Shown one piece after another: positions 51,326 through 64,000 of a DNA stretch of 64,000 bases (position 1 is its first letter; each line of letters begins with the position of its first letter). Location of the stretch: positions 62,001 to 126,000 of the forward strand of contig JALMLS010000155.1 in the NCBI GenBank assembly GCA_038496445.1. Direction: 5' to 3'. This stretch comes from Trichosphaerium sp. ATCC 40318. Its lineage: Eukaryota > Protista > Tubulinea. The translations under genes and the position numbers were made by a program. The notes under the pieces are model-generated. The model was given only the letters and a program-made list of their open reading frames with translations. It ran no database searches and was not told the DNA's origin.

Positions 51326-53772
51326 ATGAGAGTAGCGATTGGCGTTAACGCATCACATTCAGTTCAAGCTCCAATCAACAAACAAGCGCAGAATATAGCG
51401 TCAAAAGTACTGTTCCGTGCTCGTTAGCGTATGTGGTAACAAATATAGTTGACAGCTGCACATTCCATCACAAGATTAGACGATTGGCATCGCATTTCTA
51501 CAAGGGATATTCATAGCGCTGGCGGTTGGGCTTTAATCACAGCGTAAGCAATTTTTTACTCAAATGTCACTATGTATCATTAAAACGCTCACACACGCGG
51601 TAAATAACTTAAAACTGCGTATTAGGCATTTTCAAGGCTCGTTGCTTAAGTTTCTGCAATTTCTTTATCCACAGCATAATTGGCTCGTGTGGGAATACGG
51701 TACGTACACCAGCGCTAATTTGACAACCAAGCGTTCAATGTCAAGTGTAGGTACTGTACCGGATGATTTTTGGAGCTCATCGGATAACGTATGCGCGTTT
51801 ATTAGGCGGGTAGGGTAGTAATCTCACTTGCATGTTGTGATAAACGCGTGTAGGCAGAAAGTCGCTTCAACATAAGCAAACTGGATGATTGGTATAACCA
51901 AAAGGCAGAAAATGTAGAGGGTATAGGTGGAGAGGGTCTACTGAGGTACTAACCCTGTTGCGCATTGACATGTGTCAGTTTTCTTTCTTTTTTTTTTGTT
52001 TTTTGATCTTCACTTACTTTTGTTCCTAGACGTTACTCAACGTTATCGAAACTATTGCAAGCGATATACCCTACTGAAAAATGGTTTCCATGGAACTTTA
52101 GTATGGATGAGGCTGGCATACTTGAATAATTAACACGTGTTTTTAGAGTATATCCCAAGGACGTTCTTTCTAGATAAGAAAAATGTTTCGAAGTTTTTGG
52201 ATTATGTATGTCATCTATCGCATAAAAATTGTAACTTTCTATGTTTATTGATATGAGTATTCAAGGTTGAAGACAAGATGGACCTCGTAAAAGTAGAGGA
52301 TTGGTTGCGTGTTAACAATAATGATATTTTTAGACTAGGCGGTCAGAGAGTTCTCACGCAGTACGGCTTGCTTTCATGTTGTTGTTTGTATGCTGTTGTT
52401 ATGTACTTATACATTATGTAGTGGTTATGGTGGATCTGTTCAAGCTATGGTTAAAGAGCGCTATCCTGATTATCCGTGGGTGTCATGGAAGTTTAGTAAG
52501 TTAATTATGCTACTTAGCCTTGTTGTTCGTCGGTTTATGAGCACCCTTGTAAGTGACATTTCCTTTAGATCATTCTTCAAGAACTTGTTGGGAAGATGAA
52601 GATAATTGGACAAGATTTATTAGAGACGTATTTGACAAAACTGTTGTAGAACCATGTTGTGATTCTTTTTTTTTAGCTTGAAAAAACCCTGAAAGTAGAA
52701 ACAATTACTGATTGGTATAATGTTGCACATAAGGATATTATAGCTTGTGGTGGATCAGGTATGATGAAAATGTAAGTAAAAGATACATTAGTAGTGGTAC
52801 CACTTGAGATACAAATGGAGGTTAACTAGTGTTTAAGGTTTGATGACTCTCGGTTTAAGTTAGTTTCTACATTTTATCCTGAAGTTGATTGGCATCCAAG
52901 GCTCTTTGGTACACCCAGAGCTTCTAAAATTGATTCTGTATTGTTAACTTATTTTTTAAAGCGAAAGTAGAGAGTGGGTATTGGCAGTTAGAAGAGAATA
53001 GAATCAGGTTTATTAGAGAGGTAATTTTATTATTTTATTCTTCTACAAAAACCAAATAAAGGACGTTCTTTGACAGATTGTCTAGTACGAGAAAGAGAAA
53101 GGAATTACGAAAATAGAAGATTGGTATGCACAAAATACCAAAATGATGAGAGCTTCTGGTGGTGGGAGTCTAATAGCGTACGATCAAGAGAACAAAAAAC
53201 CAAAAACTAAACAACCTATTAAGGCGGTATGACAGCTCACTTATCTCAACACTTAATTCGATATATCCTGATTATCCGTGGGATCCTAAACTTTTCTGTA
53301 CGCAACGTTATGAATAGTATGATTGTTGCTAACCGATGCTGTAGCAAATGTACAGCGTTACTACTGGAGCAAGAAAGAACATTTGGAGGAGTTATGTGTT
53401 CGTCTTGAGTCGAAACTTGAATTGAATCGTATCTCTGATTGGTATAATGTATCTTCGCTTCAAATACAACGTTATGGTATGTGCTTTTATGTATTTAACT
53501 TGTATGGCATTACCCCCTGAATACCAAATTGACATCTATTTTTTCGGGATTTTTTCCAGTTTTTTACTGTGTTTTAAAGGTCCTGGCGCTCTGAAGTACT
53601 TTCCCAAGCTTCTTAATGTTGTTTACCCTGAAGAGAAATGGGATTTTTCTATATTCTCTAATAAGACAATCAAGAAAGCATGGCAAAGGTACACCAGAAT
53701 ATGATTCAAAGAAAATCATAAATCAATTCCATATTTAGGGAACTGGCAGTATCAATGAAGCAGCTTTTTTAA
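51326..53772 (+). CDS. Uncharacterised protein of six roughly 75-aa repeats (DWY..GG..YP..W..F..W)
   Basis: The whole gene splices in frame through GT-AG introns. The repeat consensus is visible in every unit. Start codon is tentative. Confidence 0.85.
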
Positions 53773-54306
53773 TGTTATTCACGGTTTCTTAGCCATATGC
53801 TACAGGGAAAAGTACTCTCACACGGCATTTATCAATGTGAAGAGGATACACAAGGAGTAAAGAATGTCTGTTTTGATGCAGAAATCTGTTCAGCGAAAGC
53901 CTTACCGCTTAATTTTGGGATGCTAAGTTTTCGGATAGGTGATCAAGTATGAAAGCAACCAAATCCCCCAAATACAACTCCACAATTGTTGCTAAATTTG
54001 AGATTTAGAACAATAAAATAAAACCAGAAAAAAGGATTTAAATAAAGTTAGTTAGTTTTCCCTTTTGCTTATCGATCATAGCACATTTAATAGTAAGAAA
54101 TAGCACACCATTATTGTAGCACTCTGAGCTTTATTTTGAAGCAATTTAGTTTCTTAACCATTCGCACCTTACAAGAGCATAAACAATACCACAAAGATTC
54201 TTGGTGTTAAGTGCTTCATATTAAGTCGGCTGTTGAACGGCAAGACAGTCGTTAACGCACCGTAAAACTCTACTATTGTCTTTGTACTTTATTAAACCCA
54301 TCATTC

Positions 54307-55998
54307 ATGACAGAAAACTCAGTACGTTCCGTTTATAAAGATAACAAAATACCTGAAACGCATGTCATGTACAGTATCAGTTGTACTCTCTTATTGTGCT
54401 CAATTGGTATCTTTTAACGCTAGTTGTCGTTCAAGGTCCTAAAACACACAAATTGAACTATTACCTGTGCTTTTAGCGTAGTGGGTCATAAACGCGCCAT
54501 AATAAACTTTTTAAACCTTTTCCCGCCACGTGAAACTGAACGTTTTTTCTGACCTTATAAAAGCATCCGAATGTACGACACGCACTTACGACAGGTGTAA
54601 GACAACCTACAATGAAAAAAAAGCGAAGAGAATGGACCCTTGCTGATTTCGATGTTGGAAAAGCGTTAGGTCGTGGAAAGTATGGTACGAACATCTCTAT
54701 AACTAGTACTTAGCATCTTTATACTTTTTATAGGTCACGTTTACCTTGCACGAGAGAAAAAGTCTAAATTCATCGTTGCCCTAAAAGTACTATTCAAATC
54801 AGATATCACACGGGATTTAGCAGAAAGGACTGTAAGACGTGAAATAGAAATAATGTCAAACGTACGATTTAACTTGTAATGACACTTCAAGAAAATCGAT
54901 TTTCATAATCCAGACACCTTTTTGGGCAATTGTAGGTGCTACTAGTTCTCGCAGTGCCCAAACCAGTTTTAATTCAACTAGCTAGTACTTCGTGCTATAA
55001 TGCCGTTATCACTTTTATGCTCAGCTGCTGTAATTCTTTTTCTGAAACAAATTGCATAGAGAATATTGTTGGTAAAGAATCTAACTTCTGGCTAATAGGT
55101 TCGACATAAAAACCTTATTAGACTGTATGGGTGGTTCCACGATGATAGAAGGATAGTTCTTATACTAGAATACGCATCAAAAGGAGAAATATACGGGCAT
55201 CTTAAGAAACAAAGAAGGTTTGACGGGAAACATCTGCAAAGGTCCACAAACAACCTGTTTTATAGGATTCGTGCTCACAACAATACCCTCTAGTATATAG
55301 ATCAAGTTGCTGAAGCGCTCATGTACCTACATGATCGAGGTATTGCACATCGAGATTTGAAGGTAACAATGCAAAACATCAAAAAAAAAATAGCCATAAC
55401 AAAGTTTTTTGCTTTAGCCTGAGAACTTGTTGCTCCATTTTGACGGCACTGTGAAGATTGCTGATTTTGGATATTCAGTACATTCTCGTGCTAGAAGACG
55501 AGATACACTTTGTGGTACACTAGATTATATTCCACCAGAGATGCTCAGAGTACATAACTATTTTCAACAAAGTTATTTTTAAATTCCTCACCCCTATCAA
55601 CAATTCTTCTTTCACAGAATCGTGGGCACAACAAAACATGTGATATTTGGTCCCTAGGTACTCTTGTGTCCCTATTTTATGGAATGTACCTTAATATAGT
55701 TATAGGTGTAATAGCATATGAGTTCTTGGTGGGAAAACCACCGTTCGAACTTAAAAGCGAAAAAGCGACCAAAAAAGCCATTGTGTGGGCAGACTACAAG
55801 TTCCCAAAAGGTTTCCCTGTTGGTGCTGTGGACTTGATTAAAAAGGTGCATTGTACTTTTCATCATAACGGCCTTTTGACAAGTTTTTGCTATTGTGACA
55901 ACTGATATGTGTAGTTGCTTGTGATTGACCCAAAGAAGCGTATATCGCTTGCTGAAGTAAGGAAACATCATTGGATAACACAATACACAAAAGTTTAA
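54307..55998 (+). CDS. Aurora-family Ser/Thr kinase (apparent 1-nt frameshift near 55228)
   Basis: [83 protein letters not shown]. Confidence 0.93.
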
Positions 55999-56248
55999 TT
56001 GACGGAACTTTACAAACAACTACCAACTTTGTACATAAAAACTAAATCTGCTTTTTTCTGAACCAACATGTAGCAGTTACGTTGTACACAAAGCTCAGTT
56101 TTGTTTGTTTCTTTTGAATCATAGCAGCTACTAAAATATGAATGTGTCGACCTGTCATGTTCTCACGGTAATGAACAAGTCAGTACACCATTTGTGTTTG
56201 TATTGGAATTTCTATTGAGTTTACAAGGGTTTTTTATTTTATTTCTAT

Positions 56249-58535
56249 CTAGTCTTCTAACCCTTTTTTTCTTCTATGAGCCTTGTCTTTAGCTTCATGA
56301 GATGGATCATAATTCCTTTTCCATTTCAAACTCTCATGTTTTGCATCTTTATACGCTCTAGCTTTCTTCCACTCTTTCATTTGACGCAGAGTTGTCCAAA
56401 TGTCATTAATCTTTGGTAGCTCATGCAAAGGCTTTTTAAACTCTTGAATATACCTGTAATACGAACATGTTAATAGTTTAAAAACCACTAAAAAAAAAAG
56501 ACACGTGGGTTGATAAAAATAGAAAAGATTTCTTCTTGTTTTTGTAGTAAGAAAAAAGTAAGAATGTTAAAGCGTACTTTTGAGGTAGTTCTTTGCCGTC
56601 TCCATCGGGTCCATACTCTTCTTCAAATGATGGAAATGATTGTTCTCTGTTATAAACAAAAGCATCTCTTCTTGCACGGAGTGGTACACGATCAATTTCA
56701 TCATACTTATAATCTGTAGGATCTTCTTTAAAAAATTGTTCATCATGTGATATAAGCGCTTGAACATCTTCCAGAAGCTCTGGCGAATTCTTCTTTATAT
56801 GTTCTAGTGTTTGTGTTTGTTTCTCTTGTATACTCTTTGTTGTATCTTCAAACTCTTTCATCTCCTTATGACTGAATACAAAGGTAAGAAACAGAATTTT
56901 GGACCAGACTTTCAAAAGACAAGTTTCAAAAAAAACAAAACAAAAAAAAGGCCTTTGAAGCACGTACGCAAATATCCTATCCAAGCTTTGTCTAGCTTTT
57001 GGTTTTGTCGTTGGTATCATATCAAACTTAGATGCCATTTTCGAGTATTGATCATACATTCTATCGCCTTGTATTGCCTTGTCATCCTTAGCACGTTGTG
57101 CTTTTTGTATCAGACGTTTTTTACCACGTTCCTTCTTAAACCTTAATCTTTGTCTAGCTCTTTTTAACTGAGACTGGACTTCAGGGTCTTCTGGTGTGTC
57201 TTGTAGAAAAGAAGGCTATCGTAGAGTTAAAACAACAAAAAATAAAGGGGGTGAAGGGAGGTCGTAAACAACTTTGGTGGAAGTTTCGTTGCTTCAAAAT
57301 TTTAGTAGCACGTACAAAGGTTCCCAAGTACCTCACTGGAATTTTAAATTTTACACCAGTGTAAGTTGTCACTTGCGCTTGTATAATAGTCCCTGGTTTT
57401 GTTGTAATGAGCTCCTCTTCTATAACAGATACGTTAGATGTGGTGGATGTGAAGTTTAACCTTCTATTAGAGGATCAACTTGATCCGCAGGAGAAAGCCT
57501 ATGGAAGTCCGTCTCATCTATTGGCATGATAGCAGTTTGGTCCTAGGTATGTATGAGGCCATATACTGATGGTTTTAGTGACATACAGTCATACTTGACC
57601 TTATATCATCTGTCAAGTCGAACCCAAGCATGTCTTCATATTCATCCATAATTTTTTTACTTTCAGCTTCGTCTCTGTCTAATTTCTCACACCAAGCTTC
57701 ATACATTTCTTCTTTAAGATCTTGGTGCATTTCTCTGTAATATAGTAAGCTCTTTTAAAGTAATCACTATCCTCAAACACGTAATGTAAGCGCAGGAAAA
57801 AAATTTCTTCACTCTTCCAAAAAAACATTTAGGCGTACAGCATTTCGGCCTCCAGCTCTTCACAAACGCGTGCTTCTGTGGCACGTAATTGTGCAGTCTG
57901 TGAACCTGTGATAGGCCCTGACATACCTAACAAGAACCTGCATATAGGGTGAGTACAAGCGTAAAAATAAGCTCTTACTCATCGTTGACACGTTGAACTC
58001 TTCTCTCCTCTTCTTGCTCCCAAAAATGTACATCAGGCATTGCCATGGCTGCCTTTGTTTTATCGAACAAGAATGAACGCGTTTTTCTGATATCTAGTGT
58101 CAAATTAATTAATTTAAAGGAAAAATGCGCCTGGAAAGTATGAATATGCGACGGTAGCGCGTACTCAGAATTAATATAATTTCTGAGCTCAAGTTTCACT
58201 TGATGTGCGTATTTACCTCGTAGAACAGCTTCATCATGCGACAGTATTCTCTCTTCCTCTTTGAACGGTAGTTTACGCTTGTTTTCAAGACTTTCCATCT
58301 TATCTGCAACAGAGCTTGTATCTGTACTTGTGGCTACATCCTTGTCTGTGATAGGCTCGAGTGCTGTAGATTCCGTGGTTTTTGTTTCTGTTTGTGGTAA
58401 TTCTTCTGTTAACACCCTCGGACGCGCGTACTTGCGTACTACACGCTCCCTTTTCACTCTTGCATAGCGATCATACTCTGAGCGCGATCCTGAACTGCAA
58501 GAGCAACAACCAAGCCTCCCACGTAACCCAAGCAT
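56249..58535 (-). CDS. Uncharacterised charged multi-exon protein, possibly mitochondrial
   Basis: Consecutive coding-like exons bounded by GT-AG introns. Arg-rich N-terminus MLGLRGRLGCC. No motif recognised. Confidence 0.6.
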
Positions 58536-58700
58536 AGCAACCGCGCTGTTTAACCAAACAAGCACGAACTGTAGTCTTGAACAGTCCAGCTACAAGTTGT
58601 GCTTCACGTAAACACTACACTTGTTGTTCACAGAGTGTAGCGAAATGACGGCTAGCAGCGTTGGATAATTTAATATTGGTTAAAGTACATTCCAGCAGCT

Positions 58701-59748
58701 ATGTCGAAAGAAAATACACCGAGCGAAACATCATCGAGGCCGTATGGTTCTAGCAAGGACTTTTGGGATAGTAGATACGCTGAAGAAGAGGTAAGAGCGT
58801 GGCAAAGTGTAAATTGGATTCAAATACTCTAATGACGCATTATTAAAGGCTTCGGAGTGGTATCTACCGTATATATCGTTAAAAAAGCGAAACATTTTTA
58901 ATGAAGCCCTTACTTCTCTTGACGCTCGCATTCTAGTAGTAGGTTGTGGAAACAGCGGTAAGATGACGTTTTAAAAATACTTGACCCTATTTATCGGAAC
59001 GTTGAAAGTAACTCAAACAAGGTCTTAGCTATGAACTTCATAAGGACGGATTTACGAATATAACGTCTGTGGATATATCAGATATTGTAATTGATAAGAT
59101 GAGAGAGCTCCACAAGGGAACAAAGTCGTTAAAATGTACTTTGAACAAAAAGGTGATTGTTTAAACAAAAAATCTCATTTGTTGAAAAGGGGAATGTGTT
59201 GACTGCAGAGATATGAGGTGCTTTGAAGACGGTTCTTTTGATGTTGTCATCGATAAAGGTATAAGCTTAGAATCGTTAGGTGTTGAGATAAGGGTTTTAA
59301 GCATATACTAGGCACGCTTGATGCTATTTTGTGCGGTGAAGATAGCTTTGAAGATGCAAAATCTATGATCCAAGAAATTGCAAGAGTTCTGTCTTCGGAT
59401 GGTTACTACATGCTACTAAGCTATGCTTTACCAAGTTTTCGTTTGTTTTTTTTCGATAGGCTTAAAAATAATGGTCATGGAGATTGGAGTATAAAGCATA
59501 AGACCCATGATTACAAAAAAAGTAAGTTGACAGCAAGCTTGCTACTACTTTGTTTTCTTTTTTCTTTCTTAATTTATTTTGCTTTTTTTCTTTGCTTTCA
59601 CAAACTGTTTTTTGATTATTGACAATGGTTATACGTAGATGGAAAAGATGAGATTATGGTATCGTATACTCTTCAGAAAGTAGCTGAAAAGAAGTCCATA
59701 GAAGAAAAAACTGTATTTTATTCCAGCCCAGTGTATTTTCAGAAATAA
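58701..59748 (+). CDS. Class I SAM-dependent methyltransferase (EEF1AKMT4/METTL13 N-terminal-like)
   Basis: YGSSKDFWDSRY, EWY, ILVVGCGNS, VDIS, FDVVIDKGTLDAILCG, EIARVL. Confidence 0.9.
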
Positions 59749-60091
59749 AAACAAAGAAACGGTGAAACGAAGGCTTAGATTGGATTACTTTGGATTGTCT
59801 CGCTCTTAATTTTATGCTAAAGAGCGAATTCATTCTGGTCAAGCAAGGTTGGGCGAAAACAGTAAGCGTACGCAGCACTTACTAACATTTTTCAAAAAAA
59901 AAAAGTAGTTAGGATCGTTATACATCTGGCCTTCACAGGGCTATGCGGAAGCTTTTCTGTTGCAGTAGCTAATGGATTTGTTGAATTTGTTTGACTGCTG
60001 CTAGGATGTCATGACATGTTCACGAGAATTTAGCCGAAAAACGGCGAAATGGTTGTGCTAACTTTTTTGCGAGTTTTCCATTTTTTTGACA

Positions 60092-61949
60092 ATGGAACCA
60101 AGCGCACCAAACATACCTTTAGAATCAACTCATAACCTTGAGTATTTCACAGACGAACTTATCCTCTATGTTCTTTCGTTTCTGAACGTAAAAGACCTGG
60201 GACTAACGGCTCAGGTAAACTAAAGCACTTATAAACCGATAACAATATTTTTTAACTGAAAATTACAACGAAAAGGTTTCGTGGCGCTTTAGATACCTCT
60301 CAGAGGATAATAGTATTTGGAAGGTTATATACATTAGAACATCAACCCTTAATTCTTCATGGGCTAAGAGAAAATCATCCAGTTCCATAGCTGACTTTTT
60401 CTTACCAACTGATGCCTTTAAAGTCCATGTACAAGAAGAGAACGATGATAAAGAGCATTTCGACGCCGAAAAGGCAGCCACACAAAGCGCTTCGTATGTA
60501 TCACGTGTTTTTTGTGTCATTGTTTTATTTTTTTGACAATACAAATGTAGTTGGAAAGGCCAGGTTGAGTTGCGCACAGTAGAACCACATTGGCTTTCTG
60601 CACTTCAAATATATACGAAACATATGTTACGAGGTCACCGTAACAAGATAACATGCTTGAAATCTACAAATGAGATCATTGTGAGGTACTTAAAGTCAAT
60701 GTTCTAAGTTAAATTTCCAAAAAACTAAATAAACAAACTAGCGGTTCAATGGACTATACTGTTAAAATATGGGAGAACAGGAAATGTAAACTAACTCTTG
60801 ACCATGGATATACTGTTGATGACTTAACATTTATGGATGATAGGCTTTTAACTGCCGGGGAAAAAGTCCGAGTGTAAGTTTAACTATAAGTGGTCTTTGC
60901 TTATAACAACAAGGTGGGACATCTACGATGGAAAGTTACTCCACGAGTATAAATATGAAGGATCTAAAATAAAATCTGTATCTAATAGCCTCAATCATAA
61001 TTACTTGGCTATCGGGAATTACAAGGGAGATGTTGAGGTATGTAGAAAGTGTGACTTTAAAAAAACCAATTAGTTTTTCGTAGATTTGGGATGTTGTTAA
61101 GGACGTTCAGCTGTACAAGATATCACCTCCTTATAACTGGACTCCAATAAACGTACGGTTTATATGAGGATAGTGTTCTTAATTTGGTTTACGAGGAGTT
61201 TACTCAGACGCTCGTGAGCCTTCGGCTGTTGTATTTCCTTTCTTTACAGTCTTACCTCTGTCTAGGCTCTATTTTTTGTAGGGGACGTTCTAGTATCTAC
61301 TCCTGGTCGTTCAACACAATTGATAGATGTTCGGTGAGTACCTATAAGGCTGTCAATTTCCATACATATAATACAACCTCTTACAAAACTAACAAAATAA
61401 GAACCGGCAAAGTGACTGCGAGTTCTAATTTCCACAAGCATAGGATAAATGCAGCTACCTATGATTTTAATAATGGGAATATAGTATCTTCTTGTGATAA
61501 CAAGGAGCTTATAAGTACGTTCTAGAATCACAACAAAACTGAAAAAAGTCGCCAAAAGTATTAAAAGTGGTTTTTACATTACACTATTGTTACTTACTTC
61601 GTTCAGCTGTTGATCCAAGGAATTTTACGAACCGTGTGTCTACAGTACATACAAAAGGTATTTTTCAAATAGACGCCTAAATTTGTTTCATCTAACACGT
61701 GATATTGTAGAAATTGTTTACGACTTGCAAGTTATTCATGAATATATTGCAGCTGCATCTAGAAATGTTAGAATATACAAAAGTAAAAACACAAGAGAGT
61801 GTAGAATATCAACACCGAGTAATATAGGCGTTATAAGTACTTTATCATGTAATAGCTGGAGTTTAATCTATGGTACATCTGCTGAAGATATAACTGTAGT
61901 AGATTACTCACGAACTCAAAAAACTTATTTACCTTCTTACAAACAATAA
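60092..61949 (+). CDS. F-box/WD40-repeat protein
   Basis: F-box FTDELILYVLSFLNVKDLGLTAQVSWRF..LSEDNSIW. WD repeats LRGHRNKITCL..VSGSMDYTVKIW, VRVWDI and VEIWDV. Confidence 0.88.
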
Positions 61950-62525
61950 ACTAGATTTTCATTTTGTATGGTGTACAGTTGAGCTTGTTATTAACTACAA
62001 TTTTAAAGGCACCGTAATATAACGTGGTGTGCGTTTTTCTAACCGAAATTACACGTGCTATTGCACAAAGCGCTACTTGTATGTCTACTTGGATTTATTT
62101 TATGTCTTCGGAATTGGTTATGCTTGATATGCTTATTAAGGCACCCGAGCTCCTGCTTGCTTGCGTCGCACAAGTACAACAGCACCTAGGGTGTTCAAAG
62201 CCTAACTTGCTTTCGAAATCAAGCTTGTTCACAATTTTTGTGACAAGTGGTAAATAAGAAAATCCCAAGTATCCTTTTCTCAAAAAAATGTGTTTCTTTA
62301 CAGGATTTTTTTGTTTACCACGAAATGCTGTAGTGCAGTACACATTTAGTGGAACAAAAAAAAGTTTTGGAACACAGAACGGGCAAAATAAGAAATTTAC
62401 CGACGTGAAAGGTTGTAGGAATAAATACAATACTTTTGGGCATGATTCCTTGTTTTCAGTTGGTATTGTAAAAGGTACCACCTTCCTTTTATGGCGTAAC
62501 ACTGAATTGTGCTAAAAAAGTAAAA

Positions 62526-63668
62526 ATGTCCATCGTAAGCAACGTCTCAGTTGTTTTCTTTGTATTATGTTGTTCTACGCTTGTATCAGCATACGGATAC
62601 ATGGCTAAAGACGGTTACCCATACAGTGGGCCTACATGGGAGGCAAAAACAGCTAAAGACAAGCTAGAGACGCTATACTCATCTGTTGTAAGCGACACTA
62701 CACCATTAGACTGGTATGGCGCTGGTATGGTAGAACTTCTCATAGAGAACATGAATGGAACCTTCGACACCGTTGCTGATGATCTACCAAAACAAGGTAC
62801 AATTCTAACGTCATTTTCAGTGGAAAGAAACAATTCCTACCCATTTTCTATTATCAGTCGCATTTAAACGTACATTGCTAACGAATCGATAGGTATTTTC
62901 AATACGTACAGGAAGAAACTTATTCATACCGTTGGAGGTATCAACAAATGTCGCTGGGAAAGCGTAGGAACCCATAACTACACTGGAATGTTCAAAGGAG
63001 CCGATTTCGCTCTTTGTCGTATGTCCACCGCTTTAAAACCGGGTGCTGTTGAATTCACACCTGCTTTGAGCATCAAACTATTGATTGACGGACTTCCTTC
63101 TGTTAATACTATGGGCATGTACTCCCTATCCGGCCAGAATTCTTTTAATTTCTTTAAACATGATCTTACAAACCACGTACCAACTCTAGGTACAAACGCG
63201 TCTGTTGCTCTTAATGTCCTTCTTAAGAAGTTCAAGACATCATCGTCATGGCCTAACATGCTCGGTTTGAGCCCTTGGGCACAACATGATCAACAAGGAA
63301 GACCAGAAGCAAGACCAAACTTCCCGTTCAGACTTGTATTCAGCCCTTCAATGAAAGCTCACTCTTCATTCCCAGACACTGATCCTGGTATTGATCTCCC
63401 TAGACAACTAGAATCACTCGGTCAAGGGCGTCTTTACGATGTTTACGCCATTGATACACCTTTGGCAAGCCCAGTTAAGATTGCTGAAATCTCGGTAACA
63501 TCTAAAACAACACCTTCTCATTTTGGAGATAAGAGCCTTTTCTTCCGTCATGTGCGTATGGAAGACGACTTTGCTATTAGACCAGAATGGGTTGATCCTT
63601 CTGCTGAAATCACAAGACAACAAGAGAATGTACCACAGTTTGTATACCCTGATCTACCTTTTCGCTAA
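62526..63668 (+). CDS. Secreted catalase-superfamily-like protein, one intron
   Basis: Signal peptide, RKKLIHTVG, YTGMFKG, CRMS, PALSIKLLIDG and LFFRH resemble the small catalase-related fold. Confidence 0.6.
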
Positions 63669-64000
63669 GCTTACAATGTGATAATAAAAAAGCCTATACA
63701 GCTGTCTGTTCATCACGTTTTTGGTTTTGTTACTAGAGTTGAATCTTCTTCTTATACTCTCTGTCGTGTAGTCAAATACAGCGAGGCGTTTGTTCAGACA
63801 CGTGACTTATTCTAATTGTACTTGCGTTGGAACATAGTCTGAAGCAAAGAGTAAGAAACTATCGTAACACGTAAAGTTTATTTATTGCTGGAACATAAAG
63901 TAACCTTTGTTACAAGAACTGCTTGATTATCTTAGTGTTTGCACTTATCAGCAGTTTGAGTGTATGTTCAGTTCACCACGAGGAGTCCATGTTATGTAAA

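Noticed and set aside
51160-58701. Two head-to-head gene pairs with the same 165-nt ATG spacing (51160/51326 and 58535/58701)
   Set aside because: The start codons are tentative and no shared sequence is evident, so this is likely coincidence in a compact genome.

Overview
AT-rich (about 35% GC by eye), gene-dense eukaryotic DNA with many short spliceosomal introns (mostly 40-100 nt, donors often GTACG, acceptors YAG or AAG). It is most likely a free-living protist, probably an amoebozoan (inference from gene content). I spliced about 23 protein genes by hand: a STAND-NTPase/TPR protein, HVA22/REEP, a Rab21-like GTPase, RtcB, two intronless F-box/MORN genes, a truncated WASP-like gene, small secreted Cys-rich proteins, a GH2 beta-galactosidase, an EF-hand protein, two tandem membrane-anchored expansin-like genes, a myosin with an SH3 tail, an FtsX-type permease, a repeat protein built from a three-exon cassette, Aurora kinase, a methyltransferase, an F-box/WD40 protein and a secreted catalase-like protein. 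Positions 13299-26530 form a duplication/inverted-triplication structure with a 5.1 kb inverted repeat. It has hallmarks of a chimeric-read or haplotype assembly artefact but could be real. The most notable signals are the three-exon repeat cassette gene, mosaic identity between the expansin-like paralogues, strong CACGTG enrichment in introns and intergenic DNA, the virus-like F-box/MORN genes, an in-frame TGA inside a possible newly arisen 48-nt intron, and the unusual myosin and WASP architectures. I saw no tRNA, rRNA, CRISPR array or recognisable transposon. All family assignments come from motif recognition without database searches.
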